From the NCBI GenBank assembly GCA_943787795.1, contig CALSNU010000004.1, positions 576,001 through 640,000 of the forward strand: 64,000 bases of DNA. Reading direction: 5' to 3'. This stretch comes from an uncultured bacterium. GTDB lineage: Bacteria; Planctomycetota; UBA1135; GCA-002686595. This document shows, in pieces, positions 20,836-30,666 of this stretch; position 1 is the stretch's first letter, and every line of letters begins with the position of its first letter. Position numbers and translations under genes: made by a program. Under the pieces are notes generated by a model that searched no databases, was not told the DNA's origin, and saw only the letters and a program-made list of their open reading frames with translations.

Positions 20836-21043
20836 TCAGGCGGCCGTCACCGTCACGGAAGTTGCCGGTGATGATGATGATCATGTCCACCAGCGTCCAG
20901 ATGCCGAGGCCCCCGAAGGTGAGCAGCATCAGGATGCCCGTTCCGATCTTGCCCACGTAGAAGCGGTGCACGCCGAAGGGGCCGAAGAAGAAGCAGAGGA
21001 GGATCGCGGGGACGAAGCCCTTGTGGCTGAGTTCAGTGGTCAT
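20819..21043 (-). CDS. TM2 domain protein
   Basis: LLCFFFGPFGVHRFYVGKIGTGILMLLTFGGLGIWTLVD. Confidence 0.9.
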   Translation of the reverse strand: MTTELSHKGFVPAILLCFFFGPFGVHRFYVGKIGTGILMLLTFGGLGIWTLVDMIIIITGNFRDGDGRLIKAQN

Positions 21044-21353
21044 CGGTGGGAGGGGTGCGGAGGCGTTGGCCGGGATAGGTGATGAGGCGACCGGATCCAT
21101 CGCGGAAGGAGCCGGTCAGCAGCATGATCGTGACGATCAGGGTGTGGAGCGCGTCGGCAGCGCCGGTGACGAGGGCCCAGACGGGCTCGCCCACGAGGAA
21201 CAGGTAGATCGTCGCGACGAAGAGCGCTACGTCGATGGTGCCCTCGATCCAGCGCCCCATGTAGAAGTGCTGGACCCCGAAGACGCCGAACACGCCTGAG
21301 AGGCAGACGGCAACGGTGTAACTCTTGTTGGAGGAGATCTCGCGGGCGTTCAT
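21033..21353 (-). CDS. TM2 domain protein
   Basis: SNKSYTVAVCLSGVFGVFGVQHFYMGR...GSFRDGSGR. Confidence 0.85.
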   Translation of the reverse strand: MNAREISSNKSYTVAVCLSGVFGVFGVQHFYMGRWIEGTIDVALFVATIYLFLVGEPVWALVTGAADALHTLIVTIMLLTGSFRDGSGRLITYPGQRLRTPPTDDH

Positions 21354-21494
21354 GTTGCGCAGCTCCGGAGGGGGCTTGTGCCGCGGAGGCTACCAACTGC
21401 ACGCCCTCGCCGGAACCCTGACCGTCACGCCCGCCGCTCCTCCATGCTCTCTCTCGGCGTCGAGGTCCCACCCGGATAGGCTGGCCTGCCCACG

Positions 21495-22592
21495 ATGCAC
21501 CGCGCCCTCCCCGTCCTCCTCGCCCTTGCCGCCGGCCTCTGGGCCCTTCTGGCCCCGACGCCCCGGCCCGCCGGCGCTGCGGAGGCCTCCGCCCCGCTCG
21601 CGGACCGCTGGGACCTCGGCTGGGCCCGGGGTCCCTGGGGAGGCGGCGCCACCGACGGGCCTCCGCGGCGCGTGCTCGTCTACGTCCGCGCGGACAACGC
21701 CCCCTGCCTCGCCCTCGAGCGCGCCGCGGGCGCAGACGCGGGGATGGCGCGCGCGGCAGCCCCCTTCAAGGCGATCGTCCTGGAACCCGAGGCCGACGGT
21801 GAGGACGCGCGCCTCGCCGAGGCCCTTGGGATCCACACGGCCCCGCGCCTGCTCGTGCTGGAGCCCGCGTCCTGGCGCCAGCTCGTTGGAGGCACGGCGA
21901 TCGCCGCCGACCTTCCGATCCGACCGGTGCGAGCCATCACCGGCGGACACCTCGAACCCATCGGGGTCGCGTGGGAGCTGGAGCGTGCTTCGACGGAGTC
22001 CCCCGCATCCTGGCCGCAGGCCCGGTCCCCCGCGCCAGGGGCCGACCCGGTCCTCGCCGCGGAGTGGCTGGAGGCCGCCGGCGCGCTCGCCGAGGCCGAG
22101 GCCTTTCTCGCCGAGGGCCTCGCGGGTGAACGCTCGCCCAACGGTGTCTTCCACCGCATGGCGCGGCTGCGCGCCGCCGTCCTGAGCCACACCGTCTCCG
22201 GTGCCGCCGACAGCGAGGGGACGATCGAGGCGGCGCTCCTGATGGAGAGCGACCCGCGGCTCCTGTTCCGAGGCTGGAGCCTCCTCGCCTCAGTGTTCGA
22301 GCGACGAGCGCTGGCCGCTGCTGAGGCGGGAGGCACCTACCGGGGCGTCGAGGCACGGCGCTGGGATCGGCGCGCGCGGGAGACCTCGCGGCTGGCGTGG
22401 ATGGACTGCCCCGATGAGGCCGCGCTCCCCTTCGGCGCCCTGCTCCTCGAGCGCTACGGCGCCCGCCCGGCGGACCTCGACTCCCTGGATCGGGCCTTCT
22501 GCGGGGCGGTGCTCCGCACCCTCGCGGGCCTGGGCGGCGACGATCACCCCAGAGTCCAGCGGGCCGCCGCGGTCGTGGCCACCCTGCGCTGA
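21495..22592 (+). CDS. Exported hypothetical protein (possible thioredoxin-like N-domain without CxxC)
   Basis: Signal peptide; RVLVYVRADNAPC...LGIHTAPRLLVL; helical C-terminus. Confidence 0.55.
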   Translation: MHRALPVLLALAAGLWALLAPTPRPAGAAEASAPLADRWDLGWARGPWGGGATDGPPRRVLVYVRADNAPCLALERAAGADAGMARAAAPFKAIVLEPEADGEDARLAEALGIHTAPRLLVLEPASWRQLVGGTAIAADLPIRPVRAITGGHLEPIGVAWELERASTESPASWPQARSPAPGADPVLAAEWLEAAGALAEAEAFLAEGLAGERSPNGVFHRMARLRAAVLSHTVSGAADSEGTIEAALLMESDPRLLFRGWSLLASVFERRALAAAEAGGTYRGVEARRWDRRARETSRLAWMDCPDEAALPFGALLLERYGARPADLDSLDRAFCGAVLRTLAGLGGDDHPRVQRAAAVVATLR

Positions 22593-22676
22593 GCTGAAGG
22601 GGGCCGCGTCGCCCAGGGGGGCCAGAGAGGGTCAGGCGGACGCGTCCGGCCGGGTGGGCCCTTCGAACAACGGCCC

Positions 22677-24155
22677 ATGGAAGCGCCCCAAGACCGCCTC
22701 GCACTGGCCAACGACGCCCCGGTCCGAGAGGACGGCCGCTTCGTGGTGTATTGGATGCTGGCCCAGCGCCGGACCCGCTGGAACTTCGGGCTGGAGCACG
22801 CCGTCGCGCGCGCCTCGGAGCTCGGCAAGCCGCTGCTCGTCGTCGAGGCGCTCTCCTGCAGCTACCGCTGGGCCTCCGACCGGCACCACGCGTTCATCAT
22901 CGACGGCATGCGCGACCAGCGTGACGCCTTCGCCGCCGCCGGCGTCACCTACCTCCCCTACGTGGAGCCCGAGGCTGGCGCAGGTCAAGGCCTCCACGCC
23001 GCCCTCGCCGCCGAAGCGTGCTGCTACGTCACCGACCACTGGCCCTGCTTCCACATGCCCATGTGGGTCGAGCGGGTGGCCGGCGAGATCGACGTTCGCA
23101 TGGAGACCGTGGACTCATGCGGCGTCCTCCCCTTGCGCTCTGCGCCCAAGGGTTTCGCTCGCGCGCACGACTTCCGCAGGCACGTCCACCGGGCCGCCTT
23201 CGACGCTCTCACACGCATGCCCGAGGCCGAGCCCCTGCGCGGCGCGGGGCTGCCCCCGCTCGACGGGTTGCCCGCGGGGGTGACCAAGCGCTGGCCCGCC
23301 ACCGACCTGGACAGCCTCGACCTCGCGAGCCTCCCCATCGATCACGCCGTGCCCCCGGTCGACGGAGTCCGCGGTGGGCAGGCCGCGGCCCTCACGCGCC
23401 TCGGCGGCTTCATCGAGGAGCGCATCGGCCGCTACTTGGAGCGCAACAAGCCCGAGGTCGAGGCCGCGAGCGGGCTCTCCCCCTGGCTCCACTATGGGCA
23501 CGTCTCTGCCCACGAGGTGTTCCACCGGGTCGCAGATCACGAGTCCTGGGACCCCTCGCTCATCGAGGGGCAGAAGGCCACCGGTAAGCGCGAGGGCTGG
23601 TGGGGCATGTCCGCCGCCTCCGAGGGCTTCATGGATGAGCTCGTCACGTGGCGCGAGGTCTGCCTGAACACCTGCGAGAACCGTCCGAAGGACTACGGCC
23701 GCTACGAGTCGCTGCCCGACTTCGCGAAGAAGACCCTGGCCGAGCACGCCGACGACCCGCGGCCCCACGTCTACACCCTCGAGCAGTTCGAGAACGCCGA
23801 GACCCACGACCCCCTGTGGAACGCCGCGCAGAACCAGCTGCGCCGCGAGGGCATCATCCACAACTACCTGCGCATGCTCTGGGGCAAGAAGATCCTGCAC
23901 TGGACCGAGAGCCCCCAGGAGGCCCACCGGATCATGGTGGAGCTCAACAACAAGTACGGCCTCGACGGCCGCGACCCCAACTCCTGGGGCGGGATCATGT
24001 GGGTCCTGGGCCGCTACGACCGGGCCTGGGGTCCCGAGCGCGAGATCTTCGGCAAGGTCCGCTACATGACCAGCGATAACACCGCCCGCAAGGTGCGCGT
24101 GAAGAACTACGTGGCGCGCTACAACGCGGCGCCCGAGACGCCGTCCATGTTCTAG
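22677..24155 (+). CDS. phrB: Deoxyribodipyrimidine photolyase, class II CPD
   Basis: VVYWM..QRR...N, SGLSPWLHYGHVS, THDPLWNAAQ, HNYLRMLWGKKIL, LDGRDPN, FGKVRYM. Confidence 0.92.
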   Translation: MEAPQDRLALANDAPVREDGRFVVYWMLAQRRTRWNFGLEHAVARASELGKPLLVVEALSCSYRWASDRHHAFIIDGMRDQRDAFAAAGVTYLPYVEPEAGAGQGLHAALAAEACCYVTDHWPCFHMPMWVERVAGEIDVRMETVDSCGVLPLRSAPKGFARAHDFRRHVHRAAFDALTRMPEAEPLRGAGLPPLDGLPAGVTKRWPATDLDSLDLASLPIDHAVPPVDGVRGGQAAALTRLGGFIEERIGRYLERNKPEVEAASGLSPWLHYGHVSAHEVFHRVADHESWDPSLIEGQKATGKREGWWGMSAASEGFMDELVTWREVCLNTCENRPKDYGRYESLPDFAKKTLAEHADDPRPHVYTLEQFENAETHDPLWNAAQNQLRREGIIHNYLRMLWGKKILHWTESPQEAHRIMVELNNKYGLDGRDPNSWGGIMWVLGRYDRAWGPEREIFGKVRYMTSDNTARKVRVKNYVARYNAAPETPSMF

Positions 24156-24204
24156 GGCCCCGGCTCGTCAGAGTCGGTCAGTGCCGGCCAAGTGCCGGTC
24201 GGCG

Positions 24205-24288
24205 CCCCTCTGCAGTCCCTTCTGGCGGCCCTTCTGGCGGCCCTTCTGGCGGCCCTTCTGGGGTCCCTTCCGGGGTCCCTTCCGGGGT
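24205..24288. repeat. Intergenic minisatellite, 7 x 12 bp (CCCTTCTGGCGG grading to CCCTTCCGGGGT)
   Basis: Read directly; between convergent genes. Confidence 0.9.
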
Positions 24289-24429
24289 CCCCGCTCCAGA
24301 GCGCCCGTGGGAGCGAGTCCGCGGGGCTTCCCACGGGGGCGGCCACGCGGAGCGCGCCCGCCGTCGCCTCGGCCGATACGCGCCTGCGCCCTCGCCCCGA
24401 TCAGCGCGGCGGGGTGCAACCGCACGGCC

Positions 24430-25494
24430 TCACTGGAACGTGACCTCGAGGCCGGCGGAGAAGTTCGAGACCGCCTGCCCCTGGGGGTTGGAGTCACGGA
24501 ACCACGTCTGGAAGTTCCAGGTCTCCCCGGCGCCGGCCGACACGAAGCCGGTCGGCGAGGGGATCTGGGTCAGGTCGAGGAGGAGCGTGACCACCCCCGC
24601 GGCGCCAGCCTGCTGGATCTGGCCCGGCCCCACGTACCGACCAATCGCCCCGCCCAGGCAGAGGTTCCCGTCACTCCCCCCGGGGTTGGTGGCGAACCCC
24701 TGCGTCTGGCTGGTGAGGAAGAACGCGAAGGACCCTGCCGGCATGGAGACGCAGTCCAGGGTCAGGTTATTGTCCGCCACTGAGGCAGAGCCGATTCCGT
24801 TGAGGACGGCCGCGACGCCGGTCGAGTTCGGGTTCGCCACGCAGTAGGAGGTCCCGATCGTCTGCGGGATCACCGTCACAAGGCTGCCCGACATCCCATC
24901 CGACACGATGTTCACGTTCCCGCCCGGGGCCGCCGGGACGCCAGAGACCGTGACCGAGCTCAGGTGCTCGTTGAGGAACTCCGTCGGGTCCTCCTCAAGG
25001 AACCCGAGGACGCTGCCGTAGTTCATGTCCACGGTCGCGATGTTGAGCGGGTCCCCTGGGCCTCCGAAGATGGCGGTGCTCGTGGCGTCGAGCTTGACCC
25101 GAACGCGGTTCACCACGAAGTACGGCTCCAGGCTCGCGCCGTTGTTGACCTCGATGGTGATCCCGATCTGTGTGCCCTGGAAGCAGCCGATGCCGTCGTT
25201 GCCGGCGGCGACCACGCGGGAGTTGTCGATGATCACCGAGCGGCCCTCCTCCACCTGAAAGCGAAACTGCCCCCCGCCGGTCTCCGTCAGGATCACATCC
25301 GCTGGGGCGTCTCGGATGATCACGTTGTCATCGATGGTCACGTTGGGGTCGATGACCGTGACGGAGGACTGGGAGAGGTCCCAGTTCGCCTCGTCGAACA
25401 TGTCGCCGCTGACGGCGCCGGTCCAGAAGATATCCGCGCTGGCCAGGGGGGCGCAGGCGACGGCGATGAGGAGAGCGAGGGGAAGTTGCTGCAT
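24430..25494 (-). CDS. Secreted beta-rich protein with conserved C-terminal domain
   Basis: Signal peptide MQQLPLALLIAVACAPLASA; WTGA.SGD...NW N-cap; GTSYC...GETWNFQTWFRD...VTFQ. True start 25494; the 900-aa ORF call includes nnr antisense. Confidence 0.85.
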   Translation of the reverse strand: MQQLPLALLIAVACAPLASADIFWTGAVSGDMFDEANWDLSQSSVTVIDPNVTIDDNVIIRDAPADVILTETGGGQFRFQVEEGRSVIIDNSRVVAAGNDGIGCFQGTQIGITIEVNNGASLEPYFVVNRVRVKLDATSTAIFGGPGDPLNIATVDMNYGSVLGFLEEDPTEFLNEHLSSVTVSGVPAAPGGNVNIVSDGMSGSLVTVIPQTIGTSYCVANPNSTGVAAVLNGIGSASVADNNLTLDCVSMPAGSFAFFLTSQTQGFATNPGGSDGNLCLGGAIGRYVGPGQIQQAGAAGVVTLLLDLTQIPSPTGFVSAGAGETWNFQTWFRDSNPQGQAVSNFSAGLEVTFQ

Positions 25495-25584
25495 GGGAAG
25501 TCGAAAGTAAGGCCAAGAGCAAGATCCCACAACGGGCCGGCCGCTCCCGAGCCCTCCTCCCCCCCACCAAAGTAGGCTGGGGCC

Positions 25585-27189
25585 ATGGAGCGCCTCGAAT
25601 TGACCCGCCCCGTCCTGTCGACCGCCGCCATGCGCGACGCCGACCGCGCGACGATCAAGGATTTCGGGATCCCCGGATACACGCTCATGGAGTCGGCCTC
25701 GCGCGGGGCCGCTGCCGCGATCGAGGAGCGCTTTGAGCTGGGGCCAGGCTCCAAGGTCCTCGTGCTCGCCGGGCATGGCAACAATGGCGGGGACGGCCTC
25801 GCCATCGCCCGCATCCTGGCCGGTCGCCGCATGGCGGTGACCGTCGTGACCACCGCGGCGCCGGGGGCGTCCTCGCCAGACGCGGAGAAGAACCTCGCGC
25901 TGCTGATGAAGATGATCCGCGCGGGCGCGTGTGACCTGCGCGTGCTCGGGACCGACGCGGCGGTGACCGAGCTGGCGAGCGAGGCGGACGTGGTCATCGA
26001 CGCGCTCCTCGGGATCGGCGTCACCGGACGGCTTCGCGAGCCGATCCGCAGCCTCGCCCTCGCCTGCCGCGCCGCGAAGCGCGTGGCCGCCGTTGATGTC
26101 CCCAGCGGCGTCGACAGTGATCGAGGCGTCGCCACGGATGAGGTCAGTGTCCGCGCCGACCTGACCATCACCATGGGCGCGACGAAGCCAGGCCTGCTCT
26201 TCGGAGAGGGCCGCGCCGCGGCTGGCGAGGTCGTCGTCGCGGAGTTTGGCATCCCCCCCCACGTTCTCCAAGGTGCGCTCGCCCAGCCGGGGAGCGCGAG
26301 GTTGGCGACCGACGAGATGGTCACCGCGCTGCTCCCCGAGCGGGCAGGCGACGCGCACAAGAACTCGGCCGGGCGGGTCCTGGTCGTGGCGGGCTCCGAT
26401 GCCTTCACCGGCGCCGCAGCGCTGGCGTCCATGGCCGCGGGGAGGACCGGCGCGGGCTACGTGACCTGCGCCTCCACGCCGTCGGTGCGGGCGGCCATCG
26501 ACGCCCAGTCCCCCGCCACCGCCACGGTGGCGCTCCCGACGTCTCCAACCGGCGGACTCACCGCCGACGCCGCGGAGGAGATCGTCGCCCGGGCCGCCAG
26601 CGCAGACGCCCTCTTGATCGGCCCCGGGCTGGGCCAAGAGCCCTCCACCGTCGCCCTCATCGCCGAGGTGCTGGAGCGGGTGGACCTGCCAATCGTCATC
26701 GACGCAGATGGCCTCAACGCCCTGGCGAAGCTCGACCTCGAGCGCTTCACTCCCGAGCAGCGCGCACGCTGGGTGCTCACGCCGCACCTGGGCGAGTTCC
26801 GGCGGCTGGTGGCGGCGGCTGGCTACTCCCTGGACGAGGCGGACCTGGAGCAGCGCACGTGGCTGACGCCCAGGTGGGCCGCGCGGCTGGGGTCCACGCT
26901 CCTGCTCAAGGGGGCCCCGACCGTCACCGCCCTGCCCGACGGCACCACGTTCGTCGCCACGGAGGTCCACTCCTCGCTGGCCGTTGCGGGCGCTGGCGAC
27001 GTGCTCGCCGGCATGATCGCCGGCTTCATGTCCCAGGGGCTCGCTCCAGCGGAGGCCGCCGTCTGCGCGCAGCATGTCGGCAACGCGGTCGCGGCCTCGT
27101 GGACGGCGAGCCGCGCTGGAGGGGCGATGCAACCCACAGACATGACCGAAGCGCTCCCGCAGGTGCTGCGGGAGCGCTTCGGCGCGTAG
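25585..27189 (+). CDS. nnr: Bifunctional NAD(P)H-hydrate epimerase/dehydratase (YjeF)
   Basis: LMESA, GHGNNGGDG, DALLGIG, DVPSG, HK..AG, IGPGLG, DADGLN, LTPHLGEF, GAGDVLAG. Confidence 0.93.
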   Translation: MERLELTRPVLSTAAMRDADRATIKDFGIPGYTLMESASRGAAAAIEERFELGPGSKVLVLAGHGNNGGDGLAIARILAGRRMAVTVVTTAAPGASSPDAEKNLALLMKMIRAGACDLRVLGTDAAVTELASEADVVIDALLGIGVTGRLREPIRSLALACRAAKRVAAVDVPSGVDSDRGVATDEVSVRADLTITMGATKPGLLFGEGRAAAGEVVVAEFGIPPHVLQGALAQPGSARLATDEMVTALLPERAGDAHKNSAGRVLVVAGSDAFTGAAALASMAAGRTGAGYVTCASTPSVRAAIDAQSPATATVALPTSPTGGLTADAAEEIVARAASADALLIGPGLGQEPSTVALIAEVLERVDLPIVIDADGLNALAKLDLERFTPEQRARWVLTPHLGEFRRLVAAAGYSLDEADLEQRTWLTPRWAARLGSTLLLKGAPTVTALPDGTTFVATEVHSSLAVAGAGDVLAGMIAGFMSQGLAPAEAAVCAQHVGNAVAASWTASRAGGAMQPTDMTEALPQVLRERFGA

Positions 27190-27207
27190 ACCCGGCTCCG
27201 GCGGGGC

Positions 27208-27792
27208 TCACTCGGAGCGCGTGAGGTCGAGCGTCATCGTCTGCACCTCGGCGTCACCTTCGCCCATGAAGAACGTCATGCTGTAGGTGTCCTTGGTGTG
27301 GACGCTGACGTTCCTGTGGGGCACCAGCTCCCCCATGGGCGTGGGCGCCTCGTAGCGCATCTCGATGGTGGTGGTGTCACCCTCCATCTCGACCGTGCCG
27401 CGCATGAAGGACGTGTGCGGGCTCATGTTGTCCGTCCAGGTGCCGAAGGCCTCTCCCTTGGCCTCGTCGAACCCCATGAGCCCATGCCCGTGGTAGGGCA
27501 TGCCCATGAACTCGGCACGGAAGTCTGTCACCGTGTGGAACGCACCGAGAGCCTCGACGGTCTCGGTCACCTTGCTCGACATCGGCGGCATGCCGGGGTA
27601 CGAGGCCTTCATCACCCCCGTCCAGACGCCGACACCCTCGAGCATCCGCTTGTGGGCCTCGGTGGGCCGCGGCATCTGCATGGCCGCCGCGTCGGCGTCG
27701 TCTTGAACGGGGGGGCCCGTGAAGGAGGTCGCGGCGGTCAGGGTGGCGAGGGGCAGGAGGAGCCCTGCGATGAGGAGTTGCTTGGTAGACAC
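27208..27792 (-). CDS. DUF1579-like secreted protein
   Basis: Signal peptide; P.EAH..L...VG.W, FMGMPYHGHG..GFD, GTWTDNM. Confidence 0.75.
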   Translation of the reverse strand: MSTKQLLIAGLLLPLATLTAATSFTGPPVQDDADAAAMQMPRPTEAHKRMLEGVGVWTGVMKASYPGMPPMSSKVTETVEALGAFHTVTDFRAEFMGMPYHGHGLMGFDEAKGEAFGTWTDNMSPHTSFMRGTVEMEGDTTTIEMRYEAPTPMGELVPHRNVSVHTKDTYSMTFFMGEGDAEVQTMTLDLTRSE

Positions 27793-27883
27793 GTTGCTCT
27801 CCGGCGCGAACCGGTTTCGGGGGGGGGAAGGGGCCCCTCATCATAGGCTCGATCCCTTCGGCCGACGGCGCAATGACCTGCGC

Positions 27884-29284
27884 TCAGGTCGCGCGCCCGA
27901 GCGCGTGGCCCAGGGCAGCCTCGACCTCGGGGTAGCGGAAGCCGAACCCCTCACCCTGCAGGACCGCGGGGACGACGCGGACACTCGACAGCAACATCTC
28001 GTCCGCCTGCTCCGCGCCCAGCGCCAGGCGCAGCGCTGGCCGAGGCACCGGCAGGATCGTCGGTCGGTGGAGGGTTCGGCCCATGGCCCTGGTGAACTCC
28101 GAGTTCCTCACCAGCCCCGGGGCGACCAGGTTGACCGGCCCCTCCATCGACGGTCGATACATGGCGAGATGCATGGCGCCGATGACGTCGTCGAGCGCGA
28201 TCCACGGGAACCACTGGCGGCCTGATCCGAGGCGGCCTCCGAGGCCCAGCATGAACGCAGGGAGCATGGTGGCGAGGGCTCCACCCCCGGCGTCCAGCAC
28301 GACCCCAAGACGCATCTTGACCGCCCGGACATCGGAGCGGAGGCCGTCCACCTCCCCCTCCCAGTCGGCGCAGGTGTCGGCGAGGAACCCGTCCCCGCGC
28401 GGGGCCGTCTCCGACAGTTCCTCCTCACCGCGGTCTCCGTACCACCCGATGGCTGACGCTGCGACCAGCACCTTCGGCGGCGCCTGCATGCCGCCGAGCG
28501 CGTTCACCAGGGTCCGGGTCCCCATGATGCGGCTCTGTGCGATGCGTCGCTTCTTCTCCTCTGTCCAGCGCAGCCCGAAGATCGACTCCCCCGCGAGGTG
28601 CACCATGGCGTCGATCCCCTCGAGGGCCTCGGTGTCCACCGTCCCCGCAGCCGGATCCCAGCGGACCTCATGGGGCGCCTTCGGCGCTCGACGCACGAGC
28701 TCGAGGACCCTGTGACCCCCCGTGCGCAGGAAGGCTGCGAGCGTGGAGCCGACGAGCCCACTCGCCCCGGTGATCGCGATGGTCTTCCCCTCGAAGCCCG
28801 CTCCCCGCGCGTCAGCGTGGGCGCTGAGGTCCCCCACAAACACGCGGTGCCGCCAGGCGAACATCCGCTCGAGCTTGCCGCGGACCATGGCGCCGCCGGC
28901 CAGTTGGCCCAGGCGACCGAGGGGGAGCTGGTAGCGAATGCGATCCGCGAGGACCGACTCGGTGCGGCCCTTGCTGGAGATCTCGTGGCGGTGGATCCAG
29001 CTCTTGAAGGGCCCGCTGACCTGCCGATCCACGAAGAAGGTCTTCTGCGGCTGCTCGTCCGCGATCTCGGCGGTCCAGTGCAGCCCGATGGGTCCAACTC
29101 CGACGCGGATTACCGTGCGGGCGCCCTTCTCCAGGCGCTCCTCGGGGCCGCTGCCCGAGATCACACGGGCGCTGTCCCAGGGAGGGAGGAGTCGGCGGAG
29201 CGCGCCGGGCCGGAGGTGCCACTCGTACGCCTCGCCCGCGGCGCAGGGAGCCTCCACGGACCGCTCGAAGTGCTGTTCACCCAT
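27884..29284 (-). CDS. SRPBCC + TIGR01777 NAD-dependent epimerase-family protein
   Basis: FVDRQVSGPF..W.H.H; ITGASGLVG; HLAGESI; ASAIGWYG; GGRLGSGRQW.PWI. Confidence 0.9.
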   Translation of the reverse strand: MGEQHFERSVEAPCAAGEAYEWHLRPGALRRLLPPWDSARVISGSGPEERLEKGARTVIRVGVGPIGLHWTAEIADEQPQKTFFVDRQVSGPFKSWIHRHEISSKGRTESVLADRIRYQLPLGRLGQLAGGAMVRGKLERMFAWRHRVFVGDLSAHADARGAGFEGKTIAITGASGLVGSTLAAFLRTGGHRVLELVRRAPKAPHEVRWDPAAGTVDTEALEGIDAMVHLAGESIFGLRWTEEKKRRIAQSRIMGTRTLVNALGGMQAPPKVLVAASAIGWYGDRGEEELSETAPRGDGFLADTCADWEGEVDGLRSDVRAVKMRLGVVLDAGGGALATMLPAFMLGLGGRLGSGRQWFPWIALDDVIGAMHLAMYRPSMEGPVNLVAPGLVRNSEFTRAMGRTLHRPTILPVPRPALRLALGAEQADEMLLSSVRVVPAVLQGEGFGFRYPEVEAALGHALGRAT

Positions 29285-29356
29285 ATCGCCACCATGTTCG
29301 CTCGCACCCCGCTCCCGAGTGCGCGCGACCGAGAATATTCCGGTGAGGGGCCGCCA

Positions 29357-30394
29357 TCAGCGGCCGCGGGCCACCCGGGCCAGCTCGAGCGCGTAGTGCG
29401 CCACCGCGGCCCCGAGCCAGCGGCGCCCCACGAACTCGGTGTGACTCTCCCACGGCACGGGCCCGGCAGCCAGGTACCCCAGGTGCCCGCCCACCGGCTC
29501 CATGTGCACGAAGGCCGCGGTGCCCCGGGTCGCATCCTCGATCATCCCCGGATCAATGAAGGGGTCATCCGCCGCCGAGAGGATCACGGTGGGAACCTCA
29601 ACCTGGCCGATCCATCGGGCCGCGGAGCACTGCTCGTAGTACTCCGCCCCCGAGACGAATCCCGCGAGCGGCGCGGTCACCCGATCGTCGGTCTTCCGCA
29701 GGCTCCAGCGCCGCCGGACCCTCACAGACGGGTCGAGCTCGCCGCGCGCCTGACGCTCGAGCATCGCCCTGCGGACCCCGAGCACGAAGTTCCGGTCATA
29801 GATCCGGTTCAGGCCGCGCTCCATCCTCGAGACGGACCGGGCGAGGTCCACGGGTGGGTTCACCGCGAGGACCGCGTCCGGCGTTCCCGCGCAACCGCTG
29901 TCCCGGCCCGCCCCCAGCAAGAGGGCGTTCCCCGACAGCGAGAAGCCCACCCCGAGGTGCAGGGCGTTGGGGTGGAGCTCCCGCCCGGCCGCGATCGAGG
30001 CCCACAGGTCCGGAGCGCTCCCCGAGTGGTAGATCCCGCGGGCGAGCCCCTCCCCTGCGCCCTGACCGCGGTGATTGAAGGCGATCACCCGCGCTCCCGC
30101 CCGACGCAGGGACCCCGCGCAGAGGCGGACGTAGTTGGACTCGCTGGAGCCGGTGAGCCCGTGGAACAGGTGAACGACGACGTCTTCCAGCGGCCTCTCA
30201 GGGGGACCCTCGGTGGGTACGGCGTCGTAGACGACGAGGCGGTCGCCACCGCTGACGGTGACCTCGCGGCGCGTGGCCCCGACGCTCAGGAGCTCATCGC
30301 CGGGGGTCGGGAGGAGGAACCCGAGCAGCGTCTGCGCCTGTCCACCTCGCGCCCAGATCGGCGGCTCGCAGGGGGGCTCGAAGCGGCGGATCAT
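29357..30394 (-). CDS. Alpha/beta hydrolase, YheT-like
   Basis: HGLTGSSESNY, GFSLSGN, ADDPFI, GGHLGY. Confidence 0.88.
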   Translation of the reverse strand: MIRRFEPPCEPPIWARGGQAQTLLGFLLPTPGDELLSVGATRREVTVSGGDRLVVYDAVPTEGPPERPLEDVVVHLFHGLTGSSESNYVRLCAGSLRRAGARVIAFNHRGQGAGEGLARGIYHSGSAPDLWASIAAGRELHPNALHLGVGFSLSGNALLLGAGRDSGCAGTPDAVLAVNPPVDLARSVSRMERGLNRIYDRNFVLGVRRAMLERQARGELDPSVRVRRRWSLRKTDDRVTAPLAGFVSGAEYYEQCSAARWIGQVEVPTVILSAADDPFIDPGMIEDATRGTAAFVHMEPVGGHLGYLAAGPVPWESHTEFVGRRWLGAAVAHYALELARVARGR

Positions 30395-30537
30395 GGGGAG
30401 CTGGCCGACCGACGGGCGGGCGCCGAGACATTCCAACACACGCCGGTGGCGCGCGCACGTGAGCGGACCCGAAGCCCCCCCACGCAGGCTCGACCGCATG
30501 CGGCAGGCCCCGCGGAGAGACCGTCGCCACAGGCAGA

Positions 30538-30666
30538 GCAGCTGGCGCCACTGGCGGGACAGCTGGACCTACTGGCGGGGCTGCGGGCGCGACTGCCGAA
30601 TCAGTGGGCGCCGTCGGCCGGATCAGTGGGCGCCGTCGGCTGAATCAGTGGGCGCCGTCGGCTGGG
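30538..30666. repeat. Degenerate 21-22 bp tandem repeat x6 overlapping the stop codon of the beta-propeller gene
   Basis: TCAGTGGGCGCCGTCGGC x3 (30601, 30623, 30645) plus three diverged 21-bp units. Confidence 0.8.

Noticed and set aside
25495..27132. N-terminal ~545 aa of the 900-aa ORF 24430-27132(-)
   Set aside because: Antisense shadow of nnr; the real protein starts at the signal peptide at 25494.
28598..30643. 681-aa + strand ORF and many similar long Arg/Pro/Gly-rich ORFs (e.g. 37563-39023, 41289-42968, 53397-55232, 57303-58688)
   Set aside because: Shadow frames of well-supported genes in high-GC DNA, with no motifs.
30538..30666. Possible CRISPR array (also considered for 10834-10931 and 24205-24288)
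   Set aside because: Units are contiguous without unique spacers, are too short, and there are no cas genes in the window.
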